Shown: positions 10,526 to 21,274 of the stretch, one piece after another | Layout of the letters: the number at the start of each line of letters is the position of its first letter | Numbering within the stretch: position 1 is the stretch's first letter | IMG/VR virus record: IMGVR_UViG_3300044799_000154 | Span: 57,518 to 121,517 of that record | Length of the DNA stretch: 64,000 nucleotides | DNA from: a virus | Strand: one strand, 5' to 3' | The notes under the pieces: generated by a model | The model's database searches: none | Told to the model about the DNA's origin: nothing | The model's input: the letters and a program-made list of their open reading frames with translations, nothing else | Translations under genes and position numbers: made by a program

Positions 10526-11545
10526 TTGACACAAAAGAAAGATATTGTTGTTAAAGGTTCTAGTGTTTTGGTAACTGGCGGTGCAGGATTCATAGGATCT
10601 GCCTTAGTAAGAAAATTAGAGACTCTAAATTGTGATGTAACTATTGTAGACAATCTAGTTGCTGGAAGACAAGATCATTTGACAGGATGTAAAGCAAGAC
10701 TAGTTGAAGGAGACATTAGGAATAAAGAACTTTTGAAAGAGATCATGAAAAGAGATAGTCCCTCACTTTGCTTCCATCTTGCTGCTGAACCATTCATACC
10801 CAAAGGTTATCAGAACCCTGAGATAATGTTTGACGTAAATACTATGGGAACGATCTCTGTTCTTAAAGCTTGTCAATCTAGTAAGATTCAACGAGTAATC
10901 TATTACTCAACTTCTGAAGTTTATGGAACTGCTAGAACTTTGCCAATGTCTGAGAGTCATCCAACTACAATGCATTCGATGTATGCTCTTGCTAAGTTTG
11001 CAGGAGATAGAGCATGCTTCATCCTTTGGAAAGAAAGAAATATTCCTGTTGTCATCCTTAGACAATTTAATTGCTTTGGTCCTAGAGAAGCTCAACCTTA
11101 TATTATTCCTGAGATTATCAGACAGTTCAATGTAGGGAATGAATTACATCTAGGAAACATAGACGCTAAAAGAGATTTCCTTTGGGTTTATGACCACTGT
11201 GAAGCAGTAACTAAACTAATGGAAGTTCCAGATATTGAAGGAACAGTAGTCAATTGTGGAAGAGGAAAAAACTGGTCTATCAGAGAAATAGTTGATAAAC
11301 TTGCTAAGATCATGAATAGAGAACCTTACACAATAATACAAGAACGAAAGAGACTTAGACCTTATGATGTAGATGAGCTTCTATGTGATAATACTCTGTT
11401 TGATCAACTTACAGGTGGAATAAAATACACTGACTTTGAGGATGGATTGAAATGGTTAGTAGACTGGTATCACCGACATGGTGATAAATGGTCATGGGAA
11501 AGAGAGAAGGAAATGACTGTTGAAGCAAGTGCAAGGAAAAAGTAA
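10526..11545 (+). CDS. NAD-dependent NDP-sugar 4,6-dehydratase/epimerase (extended SDR)
   Basis: TGGAGFIGS, HLAA, STSEVYG, YALAK, RDFLWV. Confidence 0.95.
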   Translation: MTQKKDIVVKGSSVLVTGGAGFIGSALVRKLETLNCDVTIVDNLVAGRQDHLTGCKARLVEGDIRNKELLKEIMKRDSPSLCFHLAAEPFIPKGYQNPEIMFDVNTMGTISVLKACQSSKIQRVIYYSTSEVYGTARTLPMSESHPTTMHSMYALAKFAGDRACFILWKERNIPVVILRQFNCFGPREAQPYIIPEIIRQFNVGNELHLGNIDAKRDFLWVYDHCEAVTKLMEVPDIEGTVVNCGRGKNWSIREIVDKLAKIMNREPYTIIQERKRLRPYDVDELLCDNTLFDQLTGGIKYTDFEDGLKWLVDWYHRHGDKWSWEREKEMTVEASARKK

Positions 11546-11969
11546 GAAAATTATCGGCATGGATTTTGATGGAGTATTTAACATACTTATTCCTCCCATG
11601 CAATGGATTATGAAAAATCTAAGACCAGGTGACATCTGGGAAAGAAGTCATTTGACAAAACTTCTAAGTTTAATACTTAAAATATATTCTCATCTTCCTT
11701 TTATTTTAGATGGAAGAACTGTAAACAAAACTCCTAGAACTGTATTTATTATTTCTGGGAGAGTCCTTAAACGATCAGAAGCTAGAAAGCTTTTAGAGAA
11801 GTATGGATTCAGATTCTTTTTCTTTAGACCTAATAATAAGATAGGAGAATTTGAATGGAAATTGAGAATGTGTAAATTACTAGGAGTTACTGAATTTTAT
11901 GATGATCGCCCAAGTATTGTTGAAAGACTTAGAAAAGAAGGAATAGATGCGAGGTTAAATGTAAGATGA
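11520..11969 (+). CDS. HAD-superfamily phosphatase
   Basis: Motif I DFDGV, motif II ISGR, conserved Lys, motif IV YDD. Confidence 0.8.
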   Translation: MKQVQGKSKKIIGMDFDGVFNILIPPMQWIMKNLRPGDIWERSHLTKLLSLILKIYSHLPFILDGRTVNKTPRTVFIISGRVLKRSEARKLLEKYGFRFFFFRPNNKIGEFEWKLRMCKLLGVTEFYDDRPSIVERLRKEGIDARLNVR

Positions 11970-13033
11970 GAGAAACCATATCGGTCCTTGGTTATTGGAT
12001 TCCTTATTTATCAGCCAATCAATTACAGGGATTTCCACCACCAAGATTCTTCTTACCAGCTCTTGAAGCTGTTGGATATGATGTAGATTTTGTTAATATC
12101 TATGAGATTTCTCAAATGAAAGTAAATCCTCTTCAAAGAACTCATGAGCAAACCCATGATGATATTTTGGGTGCAATAAAAGCTTGCAAAGGTCAAAAGG
12201 TTATTCTTTCATACTGGGATTATATCTATAATAGAGATCTTGAAGCTATCTTCTCAGATCCAAGTAAGAAGATTTTATTCAATGTCAATTGGAATGAAGA
12301 ACCAAAAACTGTAGAACAGAAGATCGCTATTCTACAGAACTCATCTTATGTAACTGTATCTCAAGAACATTTTAGGAACCAATGGTGGCAAGATCTAGGT
12401 CCTGAAAATGCTAAGATCTTTGAAGACAAATTAAAGATCTGGAGATTCCCTTGTACTATAGGAGCTTCCTTAAACAAAGAAGCAGCAAAGAAACGAATTG
12501 GTATATCTACTACAAAATCTATTCTAATGTGGGGCTATTATGGATCAGGAAAAGGAGCAGATGATATCCTTCAGTGGTGTTCTTCAATGTTTGAAACTTC
12601 AGTCTTGTTCTGTGGAACTCCTGCTGCCGAGACTGCTGGTGAATATCTATTAGCTAAGTCAATGGAATTGAATATGAAAGATAGAGTGTTCTTTTCTAAA
12701 TCATTGATCTCTGATGAAGAAGCAGATCTATGGTTTTCAGCAGCAGATATAGTTGTTATTCCCTATTGGCATAAAATAGGTGAATCTGCTTTAGCATATG
12801 CTCTTGGACATAATAAGGTATGTATTACTTCTGATCTATATTGCTTCAAAGAATATGCAGATCAAGGAGCTTGCATATCAACTACAAAAGAAGCTTTCAA
12901 AAGCACATTAGAAAAATATCTTAATGATGTTGATCTAGCTAAGATTCAAGAACAGAAAGCTAGAGATTATGCTCAGAAATACAATTGGCAATCAACAGCC
13001 ATTCAGTTCAAAGAACTATTGGATAAGATGTGA
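11966..13033 (+). CDS. GT4-like glycosyltransferase
   Basis: WGYYGSGKG, WFSAADIVVIPY, C-terminal YNW; paralog of 16425..17441. Confidence 0.85.
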   Translation: MRETISVLGYWIPYLSANQLQGFPPPRFFLPALEAVGYDVDFVNIYEISQMKVNPLQRTHEQTHDDILGAIKACKGQKVILSYWDYIYNRDLEAIFSDPSKKILFNVNWNEEPKTVEQKIAILQNSSYVTVSQEHFRNQWWQDLGPENAKIFEDKLKIWRFPCTIGASLNKEAAKKRIGISTTKSILMWGYYGSGKGADDILQWCSSMFETSVLFCGTPAAETAGEYLLAKSMELNMKDRVFFSKSLISDEEADLWFSAADIVVIPYWHKIGESALAYALGHNKVCITSDLYCFKEYADQGACISTTKEAFKSTLEKYLNDVDLAKIQEQKARDYAQKYNWQSTAIQFKELLDKM

Positions 13034-13037
13034 TAAA

Positions 13038-14471
13038 ATGAGGATACTACTCTATATACCTCACTTTGGATGGGGCTCAGGTTTGATCTCTTCTATGCCA
13101 AGTGATACTTTCTACATTGCAAACAAATTAATGCCTGGAGAGAATAGAGGTGGAGATCTTTGTGTACTTAACGAATATTGGTCTTGGTGGAGATCAATAA
13201 AACCCAAACCTCCAAATGCAATTCTCTTAGGTCAAAATTGGAAAGAAATTGATACTCAGGATTATGATGTAGCTATCTTGATTGCAGATGCTGGACAAAT
13301 GAATCTATTATCTTATGTTGAAGATATGCCTAGAGTCTTTAAATTCCATCTTAAGAATCCAGGAACCAAAAACAGCATGCAAACTCTGCTAAGAGAAATT
13401 GGTAACTATCCACTTATCTTCTCTGCTGATAGCCAGAAAGAATGGTATGGTAACCCACCTAATTCCTGGGTTATAACTGGAGGAAAAGATCCAGACCTTT
13501 ACAAAGGATGGATTGGAGATTGGGAAAAAGTTCTCTGGGTATGTGAGAGAATATCAGTACCTGGAACTATAAGGTGGGAAGAACGTGGAGGAAGACTTTG
13601 GACAGATATAGCAGATGATTTACCATCTCTTCGATTGGGATTGGATATTGATAGAGCAACTCCATTAGAAGCATTTGAAAATGTTATCCTTGCTTTCAAG
13701 CATAGTAGAGTTTTCTTTGAAGCTGCCGAGAATACTCTTTTAACAGATGGATTGATGGAAGCTATGATGACTGGAATGCCAATAGTAGCTTATCCAAACA
13801 ATGAAATGGATAGAGTAATTACTCATGGAGTCAATGGATTCAAATCATCTAATCCAGAAGAATTGAAAGGATACTGCAAGACTCTATTGAAAAATGAAGA
13901 TCTAGCTAGAAAGATGGGAGCAGAAGCAAGAAAAACTGCCATTGAAGTTTGGAATCCCAAGAAAACAGAAAAATTTCATCACTTAGTATTTGAAGAAGCA
14001 ATGAAGGTTTACAATGCAGATAAAGTTCCAAGTGTTAGAACTTTCCACTTAGATCCTCCAACTCAACCAAATAGAACTGATCTCTTCTTTGCTTCAACAA
14101 TTGATAAAAGAATCCAAGAACGAGAAATAGAATATCATTCTGAATTGGGTTGGTTCAATTGTCCTCAATGTGGAGAAACCTATAGGGTTATTCATAGGAA
14201 AGGAAAACATGAATTGGAATTAATGAAAGAACTTGGTCCCAAAGAGAAGAAGTTATTCTTTCCACAACCTAGAGCACCTGATATGATGAAAGTTAATGCT
14301 TTAGAAGTTGAACTTGAACCAGAAATAGAAAGTTATACTTCATCAAATCCTTGTCCTTATTGCCATACAGATCAGATAGTAAAAGTCAGGGATAAAATTG
14401 TTTGTGAAGGTTGTAGAAGATTCTTAGGAACTTACAAAGAATGGAAAGCAAAGGAGAAGAAACATCAGTGA
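13038..14471 (+). CDS. GT4-like glycosyltransferase with two C-terminal zinc-ribbon motifs
   Basis: LMEAMMTGMPIV, THGVNGF; then CPQCG and CPYC...CEGC. Start at ATG 13038 preferred over 12969. Confidence 0.85.
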   Translation: MRILLYIPHFGWGSGLISSMPSDTFYIANKLMPGENRGGDLCVLNEYWSWWRSIKPKPPNAILLGQNWKEIDTQDYDVAILIADAGQMNLLSYVEDMPRVFKFHLKNPGTKNSMQTLLREIGNYPLIFSADSQKEWYGNPPNSWVITGGKDPDLYKGWIGDWEKVLWVCERISVPGTIRWEERGGRLWTDIADDLPSLRLGLDIDRATPLEAFENVILAFKHSRVFFEAAENTLLTDGLMEAMMTGMPIVAYPNNEMDRVITHGVNGFKSSNPEELKGYCKTLLKNEDLARKMGAEARKTAIEVWNPKKTEKFHHLVFEEAMKVYNADKVPSVRTFHLDPPTQPNRTDLFFASTIDKRIQEREIEYHSELGWFNCPQCGETYRVIHRKGKHELELMKELGPKEKKLFFPQPRAPDMMKVNALEVELEPEIESYTSSNPCPYCHTDQIVKVRDKIVCEGCRRFLGTYKEWKAKEKKHQ

Positions 14472-15544
14472 AAACAATTCTAATACTTGGTTCTTCTGGA
14501 CAAGCAGCTTTATCAGTGATTAAGTGTTTACGACTGGCTAACTTGAAAGAACTAAAGTATAGAATCATAACTGAAGATCTGGATCCTCTATTGCCTGGAG
14601 CTTATGTTGGAGATGTAGGATATATTAATGAGAAAGATAATGACAAATGGATTGCTGGAATCAATAGGATCATTGCTGAAGAGAAAATTGATTTGGTAGT
14701 TCCATGTCATGACATTCCAGTTGATATTGTATCTGAAAGACGAGATGAAATCAATGCTCCAATACTAGTTACTCAGAATGAAAAAATCAAAATAACTAGA
14801 GACAAATGGTTGTTCAACCAATGGCTCAAACTGAATGGTTATCCTGCACCAAAGACCTGGCTTGGATTACCAATAGTTCTACACTTTCCTGAGTTTGTTC
14901 CTTATCCAGTGATTATCAAGCCAAGAGGAGGATATGGAAGCAAAGATCAATATACAATAAATTCACAGGAAGAAATGGAAGCATTGAAGGATCTATTCAA
15001 AGCTAAAGAACTCAATGAGGAAGATTATATAACTCAAGAAAAGTTAGAAGGTACAGAACTTAGTGGTATGGCTTTGGTCTCAAAGGATGGAGAGATCTTG
15101 AGTATTACTTGTGCAGAATCAGTCAAGAAGTTTGGCATGTCATATAAGACAATACATGGAAGTGAACAAGATAATCTAGACTTCAAATTACTTGTTGCTA
15201 AGATAGTTGGACGAATGGGCATAACAGGTCCAGTTTCAGTTCAGGGTTTCCGCACTAGCAAGATCTGTGACGCTTGCACCGTTACTCCCTACGATAGTAT
15301 CAAACTGTTTGAGATCAATCCAAGGTTTACTGGTGCTCAGGTGGTTCGAGCTATGGGTGGAGTTAACGGACCAGAAGTGTTGATTGACAATTGGTTGGAA
15401 GGAACCAAAGTTTATCCAATTTGTAAGGAAAGAATAATAGCACTATGGGTGGCAGATTATGGATATATCTCAGAAAAAGATTATCTAGAACTGAAAGAGA
15501 AAAAGAAAATAGCTAGAAAAGCAAAGTTTACAAATTTGTTATAA
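14441..15544 (+). CDS. ATP-grasp ligase (type found in polysaccharide gene clusters)
   Basis: RDKW, IIKPRGGYGS, QEKLEG, FEINPRFTG; true start may be GTG at 14468. Confidence 0.88.
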   Translation: MESKGEETSVKTILILGSSGQAALSVIKCLRLANLKELKYRIITEDLDPLLPGAYVGDVGYINEKDNDKWIAGINRIIAEEKIDLVVPCHDIPVDIVSERRDEINAPILVTQNEKIKITRDKWLFNQWLKLNGYPAPKTWLGLPIVLHFPEFVPYPVIIKPRGGYGSKDQYTINSQEEMEALKDLFKAKELNEEDYITQEKLEGTELSGMALVSKDGEILSITCAESVKKFGMSYKTIHGSEQDNLDFKLLVAKIVGRMGITGPVSVQGFRTSKICDACTVTPYDSIKLFEINPRFTGAQVVRAMGGVNGPEVLIDNWLEGTKVYPICKERIIALWVADYGYISEKDYLELKEKKKIARKAKFTNLL

Positions 15545-15556
15545 GGAGAAAAAAGT

Positions 15557-15940
15557 ATGAATGAAAGAGAAAAGAAGAAATATCCTGTCAAGAAATATTA
15601 TGCAAAATATTATCGCAATCATAAGAAGCAAAGACATGATGCTACTACAAAATATATACATAAAATTAGAAATAAAGCTATCGAGTGTCTAGGTGGGAAA
15701 TGTTCCAATCCTAATTGTCTGGTCCCTGGAGGATGCAAAGATTTTCGTTGTTTACAAATAGATCACATTTATGGCAATGGAAATCATGATAACAGGAAAT
15801 CTAGTGCTTATTATAATCGAGTAATAGAAAGCTTCAAGAAAGGAGAGAGAAAATATCAACTTCTTTGTGCGAACTGCAACTGGATTAAAAGATGTGAGAA
15901 TAAAGAATACCTCAATACTGTAGGAGTTCCCTTGCTATGA
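15557..15940 (+). CDS. HNH-family endonuclease
   Basis: GGKCSNPNC...LQIDHI...YQLLCANCN. Confidence 0.8.
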   Translation: MNEREKKKYPVKKYYAKYYRNHKKQRHDATTKYIHKIRNKAIECLGGKCSNPNCLVPGGCKDFRCLQIDHIYGNGNHDNRKSSAYYNRVIESFKKGERKYQLLCANCNWIKRCENKEYLNTVGVPLL

Positions 15941-16428
15941 GAATCAAAATATTAGAGTCTGGAGATGAAGAATTGTTCTTGGAGTTCTTACAGTGGTTAA
16001 CACCAGAATCATTGAATCTTTGGTATCCATATGGAAAGACCTTTGATCCAAGTAAAGCAAAAGAGATCTTAGCAAGACCAGATGAATTAAGAATTGCAGG
16101 GATTGATATAGTGAAGAAAGATGTATCTCTAAGCTATTCGGAGTCACCAGAGAAAGAACGAATTGTTGTTTATGGACACTTGTATCATTTCACTGATGAT
16201 TCATGCAGACTAGGAATAATCTCTGGCATAACTGGGAAAGGATATGGAACTCAAATGATGAAGATTCTAATTAACTATGCAAAGTCCTCTGGTGTTAAAA
16301 GACTTCTACTCTCAGTCGATCAAAACAATTATCCAGCATTAGCTTTGTACAAGAAGTTTAATTTCAAAATCATTCAAACATTCACAGACAAACTTAGACC
16401 TAGATTCGAAATGGAGAAAGACCTATGA
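15937..16428 (+). CDS. GNAT N-acetyltransferase
   Basis: GKGYGTQMM acetyl-CoA loop, NYPALALYKKFNF. Confidence 0.88.
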   Translation: MRIKILESGDEELFLEFLQWLTPESLNLWYPYGKTFDPSKAKEILARPDELRIAGIDIVKKDVSLSYSESPEKERIVVYGHLYHFTDDSCRLGIISGITGKGYGTQMMKILINYAKSSGVKRLLLSVDQNNYPALALYKKFNFKIIQTFTDKLRPRFEMEKDL

Positions 16429-17441
16429 CAATACAACCTGATTTTGCTTTCATCTTCTGGACTTACAAACAAAGAGAAGTGCCAGTAGGTTACCCTTTTC
16501 CACATCTTCTTGTTCCTGCTTTCAAGCGTATTGGAAAGAATCCACAAGTAATCGAATTTCAACAATATTATGGAACAAATGTATATGTGCCTACAAATAA
16601 AGAACCTTTTAAACAGATACTAGCTCAGTTGAAAACTGACAAGATTCTTTTAGAGTGGGACTATGTTACTGAAATATCAGACCATTATGCTCTTTTCAAT
16701 GCCAAAAAAGATCTTTACATTATTCCTCACAACGAAGATCTAGTTAACAACAAGTGGAAGAAAGAAATGATAGAGAATAGCAAAGTGATTCTCGGAATGA
16801 ATGTTTACAAAGAAATGTGGAAGAACTTATTTCCAGATCAAATCTCTAAGATGGAATTGATCCATCCTCCTACACGCTTGGGGCAAAGATTGAATAAAGA
16901 GCAGTGTAAGCAAACTTTGAATATAAAGACCAAGTATTCTATCATTTGTTGGGGAAGCTATTCATCGAAAAAGTTCTTAACAGTGATTCCTTATCTCTCA
17001 GAATGGAAAGATACTTCTCTACTCTTTTGTGGTTCATCTCGTGGGTGTAAGCCAGAATATCAGAAGATTGCTTCTGAAAATGGAGTCTTAGATAGAGTCT
17101 TCTTTTCCAAAGAAGCAATTTTAGAAGAAGAAGCAGATACATGGTTCTCAGCTTCTGATTTAGCTGTTTATCCTTGTCCTGTAGAACATGGTTGGAGTGC
17201 AACAGTAATAGATTGCATTGGGTTTGGAAAAACTTGTGTAACTCCTGATTTCCCTGTCTTCAGGGAACTTTCAAATATAAGTGGAGTGATTCCAACCTTA
17301 GATATTAAAGAACGCATTAGGACTCTTCTTTTAGATGAGGATACAAGAGAAGAATGTGAGAAGAAATCTAGAACTTATGCTCAAGAGAACTCATTTGAAA
17401 AATATGCAGAGAAAGTAACTAAAATTATGGGGATAAACTAA
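16425..17441 (+). CDS. GT4-like glycosyltransferase
   Basis: RVFFSK...EADTWFSASDLAVYP, shared with 11966..13033. Confidence 0.82.
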   Translation: MTIQPDFAFIFWTYKQREVPVGYPFPHLLVPAFKRIGKNPQVIEFQQYYGTNVYVPTNKEPFKQILAQLKTDKILLEWDYVTEISDHYALFNAKKDLYIIPHNEDLVNNKWKKEMIENSKVILGMNVYKEMWKNLFPDQISKMELIHPPTRLGQRLNKEQCKQTLNIKTKYSIICWGSYSSKKFLTVIPYLSEWKDTSLLFCGSSRGCKPEYQKIASENGVLDRVFFSKEAILEEEADTWFSASDLAVYPCPVEHGWSATVIDCIGFGKTCVTPDFPVFRELSNISGVIPTLDIKERIRTLLLDEDTREECEKKSRTYAQENSFEKYAEKVTKIMGIN

Positions 17442-18379
17442 TGAAAGTTTTGCTACATGCTCCACTTCATCCTACCTTATGGATTTATCTAATGGAAGCA
17501 CTTAAGGAACACGAGTTCTTTATAGAACCTACTGCTGATTTCCAAGAAGCTGACACTCCTAGAACACAAATAAAATATGAAGTAGTACCAAGGAAACCTA
17601 ATAGTAATTTTGATGTTCAAATCATTGCTTTGCATGGAATAGGATATCATACGCCACAAGAACTTTTGAAAATATTTCCTGTACCAGTTGTTTGGATAGA
17701 ATTCCAAAGAACACTTTTACCTTTCACAGGAAACTATCCTTTGATCACTACTTGCCAAACTAGTTGCACTAGAAGATACCCTAATTGGAAATATTGGTGT
17801 CCTGTAGTTTCCAGAACCTTGTGGAATGAAGATTGGATAGGAGATGTACCAATAATAAATTGCACAGTTGGAGCTTATGCATGTCATCCAGATTTGGTCC
17901 CAATCTTGAACTATCTTAAAAAGGAAAATGTGCCTTTGGATATGAGAACTACTTCAAGAAGACTAGTTCCTTTTGCAGATTGGAAATCAAAGTTCATTCA
18001 TGATAGGGTTCTCTTTGAACTAACATTGAAACCATCTTCATTTACTATCTTGGAAGCAACTACAATAGGGATGCCAGTGGTTACATTGAATTGGTTTGAT
18101 CATTCAAAGATGATCCGAGATAATATAGATGGATTCACATTTGGATTTGGAGGACCCAATCCTGCTCATTTAACTGACTTAACTCTTCTTTTAAATAAAT
18201 TTCTAAATGATTATGATTTTGCTAAAGAATGGGGAAAGAAATCTAAGGAACGAGGAAATCAATTGAACTCCATAGAGAACACCAAAACAATCTGGAATCA
18301 AGCATTTGAAGATTCTATACGCATCTTCAAACAAAATCCTGGAAATCCTTTTGGGAAAGAAAAAAAATGGGAACCATAG
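17441..18379 (+). CDS. GT4-like glycosyltransferase (paralog family)
   Basis: WIGD, RVLFE, LEATTIGMPVV, DNIDGF. Confidence 0.8.
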   Translation: MKVLLHAPLHPTLWIYLMEALKEHEFFIEPTADFQEADTPRTQIKYEVVPRKPNSNFDVQIIALHGIGYHTPQELLKIFPVPVVWIEFQRTLLPFTGNYPLITTCQTSCTRRYPNWKYWCPVVSRTLWNEDWIGDVPIINCTVGAYACHPDLVPILNYLKKENVPLDMRTTSRRLVPFADWKSKFIHDRVLFELTLKPSSFTILEATTIGMPVVTLNWFDHSKMIRDNIDGFTFGFGGPNPAHLTDLTLLLNKFLNDYDFAKEWGKKSKERGNQLNSIENTKTIWNQAFEDSIRIFKQNPGNPFGKEKKWEP

Positions 18380-18391
18380 AGAGGAAAGAAT

Positions 18392-19369
18392 TTGAAAATC
18401 TTACTAATAGGTCCATGGTGGCATCCAGCTCTTCTTTCAAGCCTAACTTTAGTATTCCGAGAACATCAGTTCTTTATTACTGGACCTAAGATAAATCCTA
18501 GAGCTCTGACTCAACCAATGGGCTCAAATCTTCAACCCATTGAAGCATTTGGAAGTATTACTCAGAAGCGTTTAGATGATTTCGACTTACTCATAGATTA
18601 TTCAGAAAACAAATTCAAAGGATACCTAGAAAATTGGGAGATTCCTAAAATTTGGTTTTCCTGGTATCCTCTGGCAGGGAAGATTAAAACTGTTATCAAA
18701 ATAAATGAGCCAGTAGTCTATACTTCTTTTTGGACTAGAACTCAAAGCATAGCTGATTCCAAATTAATGAACTACACTGAGGAAAACATAAGAGGACCAG
18801 TTGTTTATCCTTATCGAGATCCCAATATTTTCAAAGGGTATACAGGAGAACTAGCTTCAGGATTGATAGTAGTAAATGACTTCTGGAATCGAAAAGTATT
18901 TGGAGCTATGAAGTACCAAGAAATGATCACAATAGAAAAAGATCTGCCAATTAAAATTATCGGTGATTATTCATATTCTTTCACTAAACTTCTAGAGAAC
19001 TATCAGAAAAACAGGGTCTTTCTAGAACTAACAGAAGCTGGAAGACCAAGTACTTCTACTATGGGAGAAGCTATGACTGTTGGGATGCCTATAATTGCCA
19101 CTTCCTTTGGAGATTTTCCAATCTTAATTAGGAATGATATAGAAGGATTCATTAGTTTGGATCCTAAAGAGATTATTAAATGTTTCAAAGTTTTAGTTAA
19201 TGATCAATCTAAAGCTCAAGAACTTGGTAGAAACTCAAGATCAAGAGCTCTAGAAGTTAATGGAGAAACTCAATTCAGAACAGGTCTTGAAGAAGCTTTT
19301 GGGTTTGCTCTAAAAGGACAAAAATGGATTGTCAATCAAGATCAAAGAAAGCAAAAATTAGAGGAATAA
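18392..19369 (+). CDS. GT4-like glycosyltransferase (paralog family)
   Basis: GYTGE, RVFLE, EAMTVGMPII, NDIEGF. Confidence 0.8.
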   Translation: MKILLIGPWWHPALLSSLTLVFREHQFFITGPKINPRALTQPMGSNLQPIEAFGSITQKRLDDFDLLIDYSENKFKGYLENWEIPKIWFSWYPLAGKIKTVIKINEPVVYTSFWTRTQSIADSKLMNYTEENIRGPVVYPYRDPNIFKGYTGELASGLIVVNDFWNRKVFGAMKYQEMITIEKDLPIKIIGDYSYSFTKLLENYQKNRVFLELTEAGRPSTSTMGEAMTVGMPIIATSFGDFPILIRNDIEGFISLDPKEIIKCFKVLVNDQSKAQELGRNSRSRALEVNGETQFRTGLEEAFGFALKGQKWIVNQDQRKQKLEE

Positions 19370-19372
19370 AAT

Positions 19373-20290
19373 ATGAAAATTTTAATGAAAGGATTTGTTC
19401 ACCAAGTATTCCTTCAAAGTCTAACAGAAACATTCAGCAAAGATTCTTTCTATCTAACAAATAGAATCTATCATCCTAAATATCCTGATAACTACTTCCC
19501 TAAACCTTCTCCTAATGTTAGAGTTATTCCAGAAATTCAAGATCTAAAAGAATTAGATGATTATGATATCTTCATTGGAGTTTTTGGAGGACGAGTAATG
19601 GAGGATACTAAAGATTGGAAGATTCCTACTGTCTGGAGAACGTATGTCCCTATTTCTCAGAATTGGCAGTACCTAAGAGGAGCACCAGTAGTTTACAATG
19701 CATCAATTTCTAAGAATGTTACTCTTGGAGCTTCTAAAATGCAGAAAGTATATTCTTCAAATCTTGATGGACCTTATAGTTATGATTATAGAGATCCTAA
19801 AGTCTACTGCTCATGGAATGGAAATATTGAGAAAGGTATGGTTGTTGGAGTAGCAGCAGGTCTAGGATATGGTAGAGATCTTTGTGAGGAAATCAAGAAA
19901 ACAATTCCAATTGATGTTATTGAGAATGTACCCTATTGGTATCTTGTTGAAGCTTTTAAGGACCATCGAGTCTATCTAGAAGTGAACAAGACTTCAAGAG
20001 TCATTAGTGCAGCATTCACAGAAGCTATGCTTACTGGAACTCCTATCGTGTCAAATAGAGTAGGTGAATTCAAAGAATTAATAGAGCATGGGAAGAATGG
20101 TTTCCTAAATGCTAAATCTCATGATCCCCAAGATATGGTGGAATATGCCTCACAATTATTACAAGACAAAAAATTAGCTAAAAAGATAAGCCAAGAAGAA
20201 CGCAAAAGAGCACTAGAATTGTTCAGCAAAAAAAGAGTGAAAGAATCATTTGAAAGTGCATTTAAATATACTAAGGATGGGAAATGGTAA
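19373..20290 (+). CDS. GT4-like glycosyltransferase (paralog family)
   Basis: WNGN, HRVYLE, EAMLTGTPIV, HGKNGF. Confidence 0.8.
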   Translation: MKILMKGFVHQVFLQSLTETFSKDSFYLTNRIYHPKYPDNYFPKPSPNVRVIPEIQDLKELDDYDIFIGVFGGRVMEDTKDWKIPTVWRTYVPISQNWQYLRGAPVVYNASISKNVTLGASKMQKVYSSNLDGPYSYDYRDPKVYCSWNGNIEKGMVVGVAAGLGYGRDLCEEIKKTIPIDVIENVPYWYLVEAFKDHRVYLEVNKTSRVISAAFTEAMLTGTPIVSNRVGEFKELIEHGKNGFLNAKSHDPQDMVEYASQLLQDKKLAKKISQEERKRALELFSKKRVKESFESAFKYTKDGKW

Positions 20291-21274
20291 ATGAAGATTT
20301 TAATGAAAGGACCTCAAGTTCATCCCTCATACTTGAATAGTTTGACACAAGTTTTCCCAGAACATACTTTTCATTTAACTGGTTATAAAGATCGGATTAC
20401 TCAAGAGTTAAAATTAACCGACTTCACTTATTTGTATCCAATGCAACCAAATGTGAAGATTGAAATTCCCTGGGATGAACTATTACAGATCAAAGATTGG
20501 CAAGACAATTATGATCTATTTATAGGAGATACAGAAGGAACTCAACCAAAAGAATTGGAAAAATATACTATCATTCCTAAAGTCTGGAGAACTTTCTCTA
20601 TTCTTGATTTCAGTAAAGTACCAATACTAGGTGGACCAGTTGTATTCAATTCTTATACTTCTAGGAATTTTGCTGTTAGAGAATGTAGGAAGCATGAAGT
20701 TCTAACTAGAGATATGGGCAAATATGTTGCTTATGATTATAAGAATCCTTCTGTCTATAAAGGATGGACAGGAGACAATCCTAATCCTCTAATAGTAACT
20801 CATAACTTCTTTACTAGAGGAGCAGTAGGAAATGAACTATATGCAAAATTAGATCCAAAGATAAAATCAAATGTTAGAGTAATAGATGGCAATCTTCATT
20901 TCGAAGATCTATTGAAAGCTTATAGAGAACATAGAGTTCTGTTAGAATTAACTCAAGGAGGAAGATTGATTACTGGAACTATAATGGAAGGGATGATGAC
21001 AGGAATGCCAGTAATAGCTACTTCAGAAGCTGATTTCCCAATGTTTGTTAGACCATGGATTGAAGGATTTCTTTCAGATGATCCAGCCAGAATCTCTCAT
21101 TTTTCAGATTTCCTATCATATGATTTTATTACTGCTCAAGATATGGGACATAATGCTAGAATGCGAGCTTTAGAACTTTGTAGTTATTCTTCTATTCGAG
21201 CAGTGTGGGAAGATGCTATCCATGAAGTTACCAAAGCAGGACCTTGGAGTGAAGTAGGTAGGATGTGGGGCTAA
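20291..21274 (+). CDS. GT4-like glycosyltransferase (paralog family)
   Basis: GWTGD, HRVLLE, EGMMTGMPVI, WIEGF. Confidence 0.8.
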   Translation: MKILMKGPQVHPSYLNSLTQVFPEHTFHLTGYKDRITQELKLTDFTYLYPMQPNVKIEIPWDELLQIKDWQDNYDLFIGDTEGTQPKELEKYTIIPKVWRTFSILDFSKVPILGGPVVFNSYTSRNFAVRECRKHEVLTRDMGKYVAYDYKNPSVYKGWTGDNPNPLIVTHNFFTRGAVGNELYAKLDPKIKSNVRVIDGNLHFEDLLKAYREHRVLLELTQGGRLITGTIMEGMMTGMPVIATSEADFPMFVRPWIEGFLSDDPARISHFSDFLSYDFITAQDMGHNARMRALELCSYSSIRAVWEDAIHEVTKAGPWSEVGRMWG

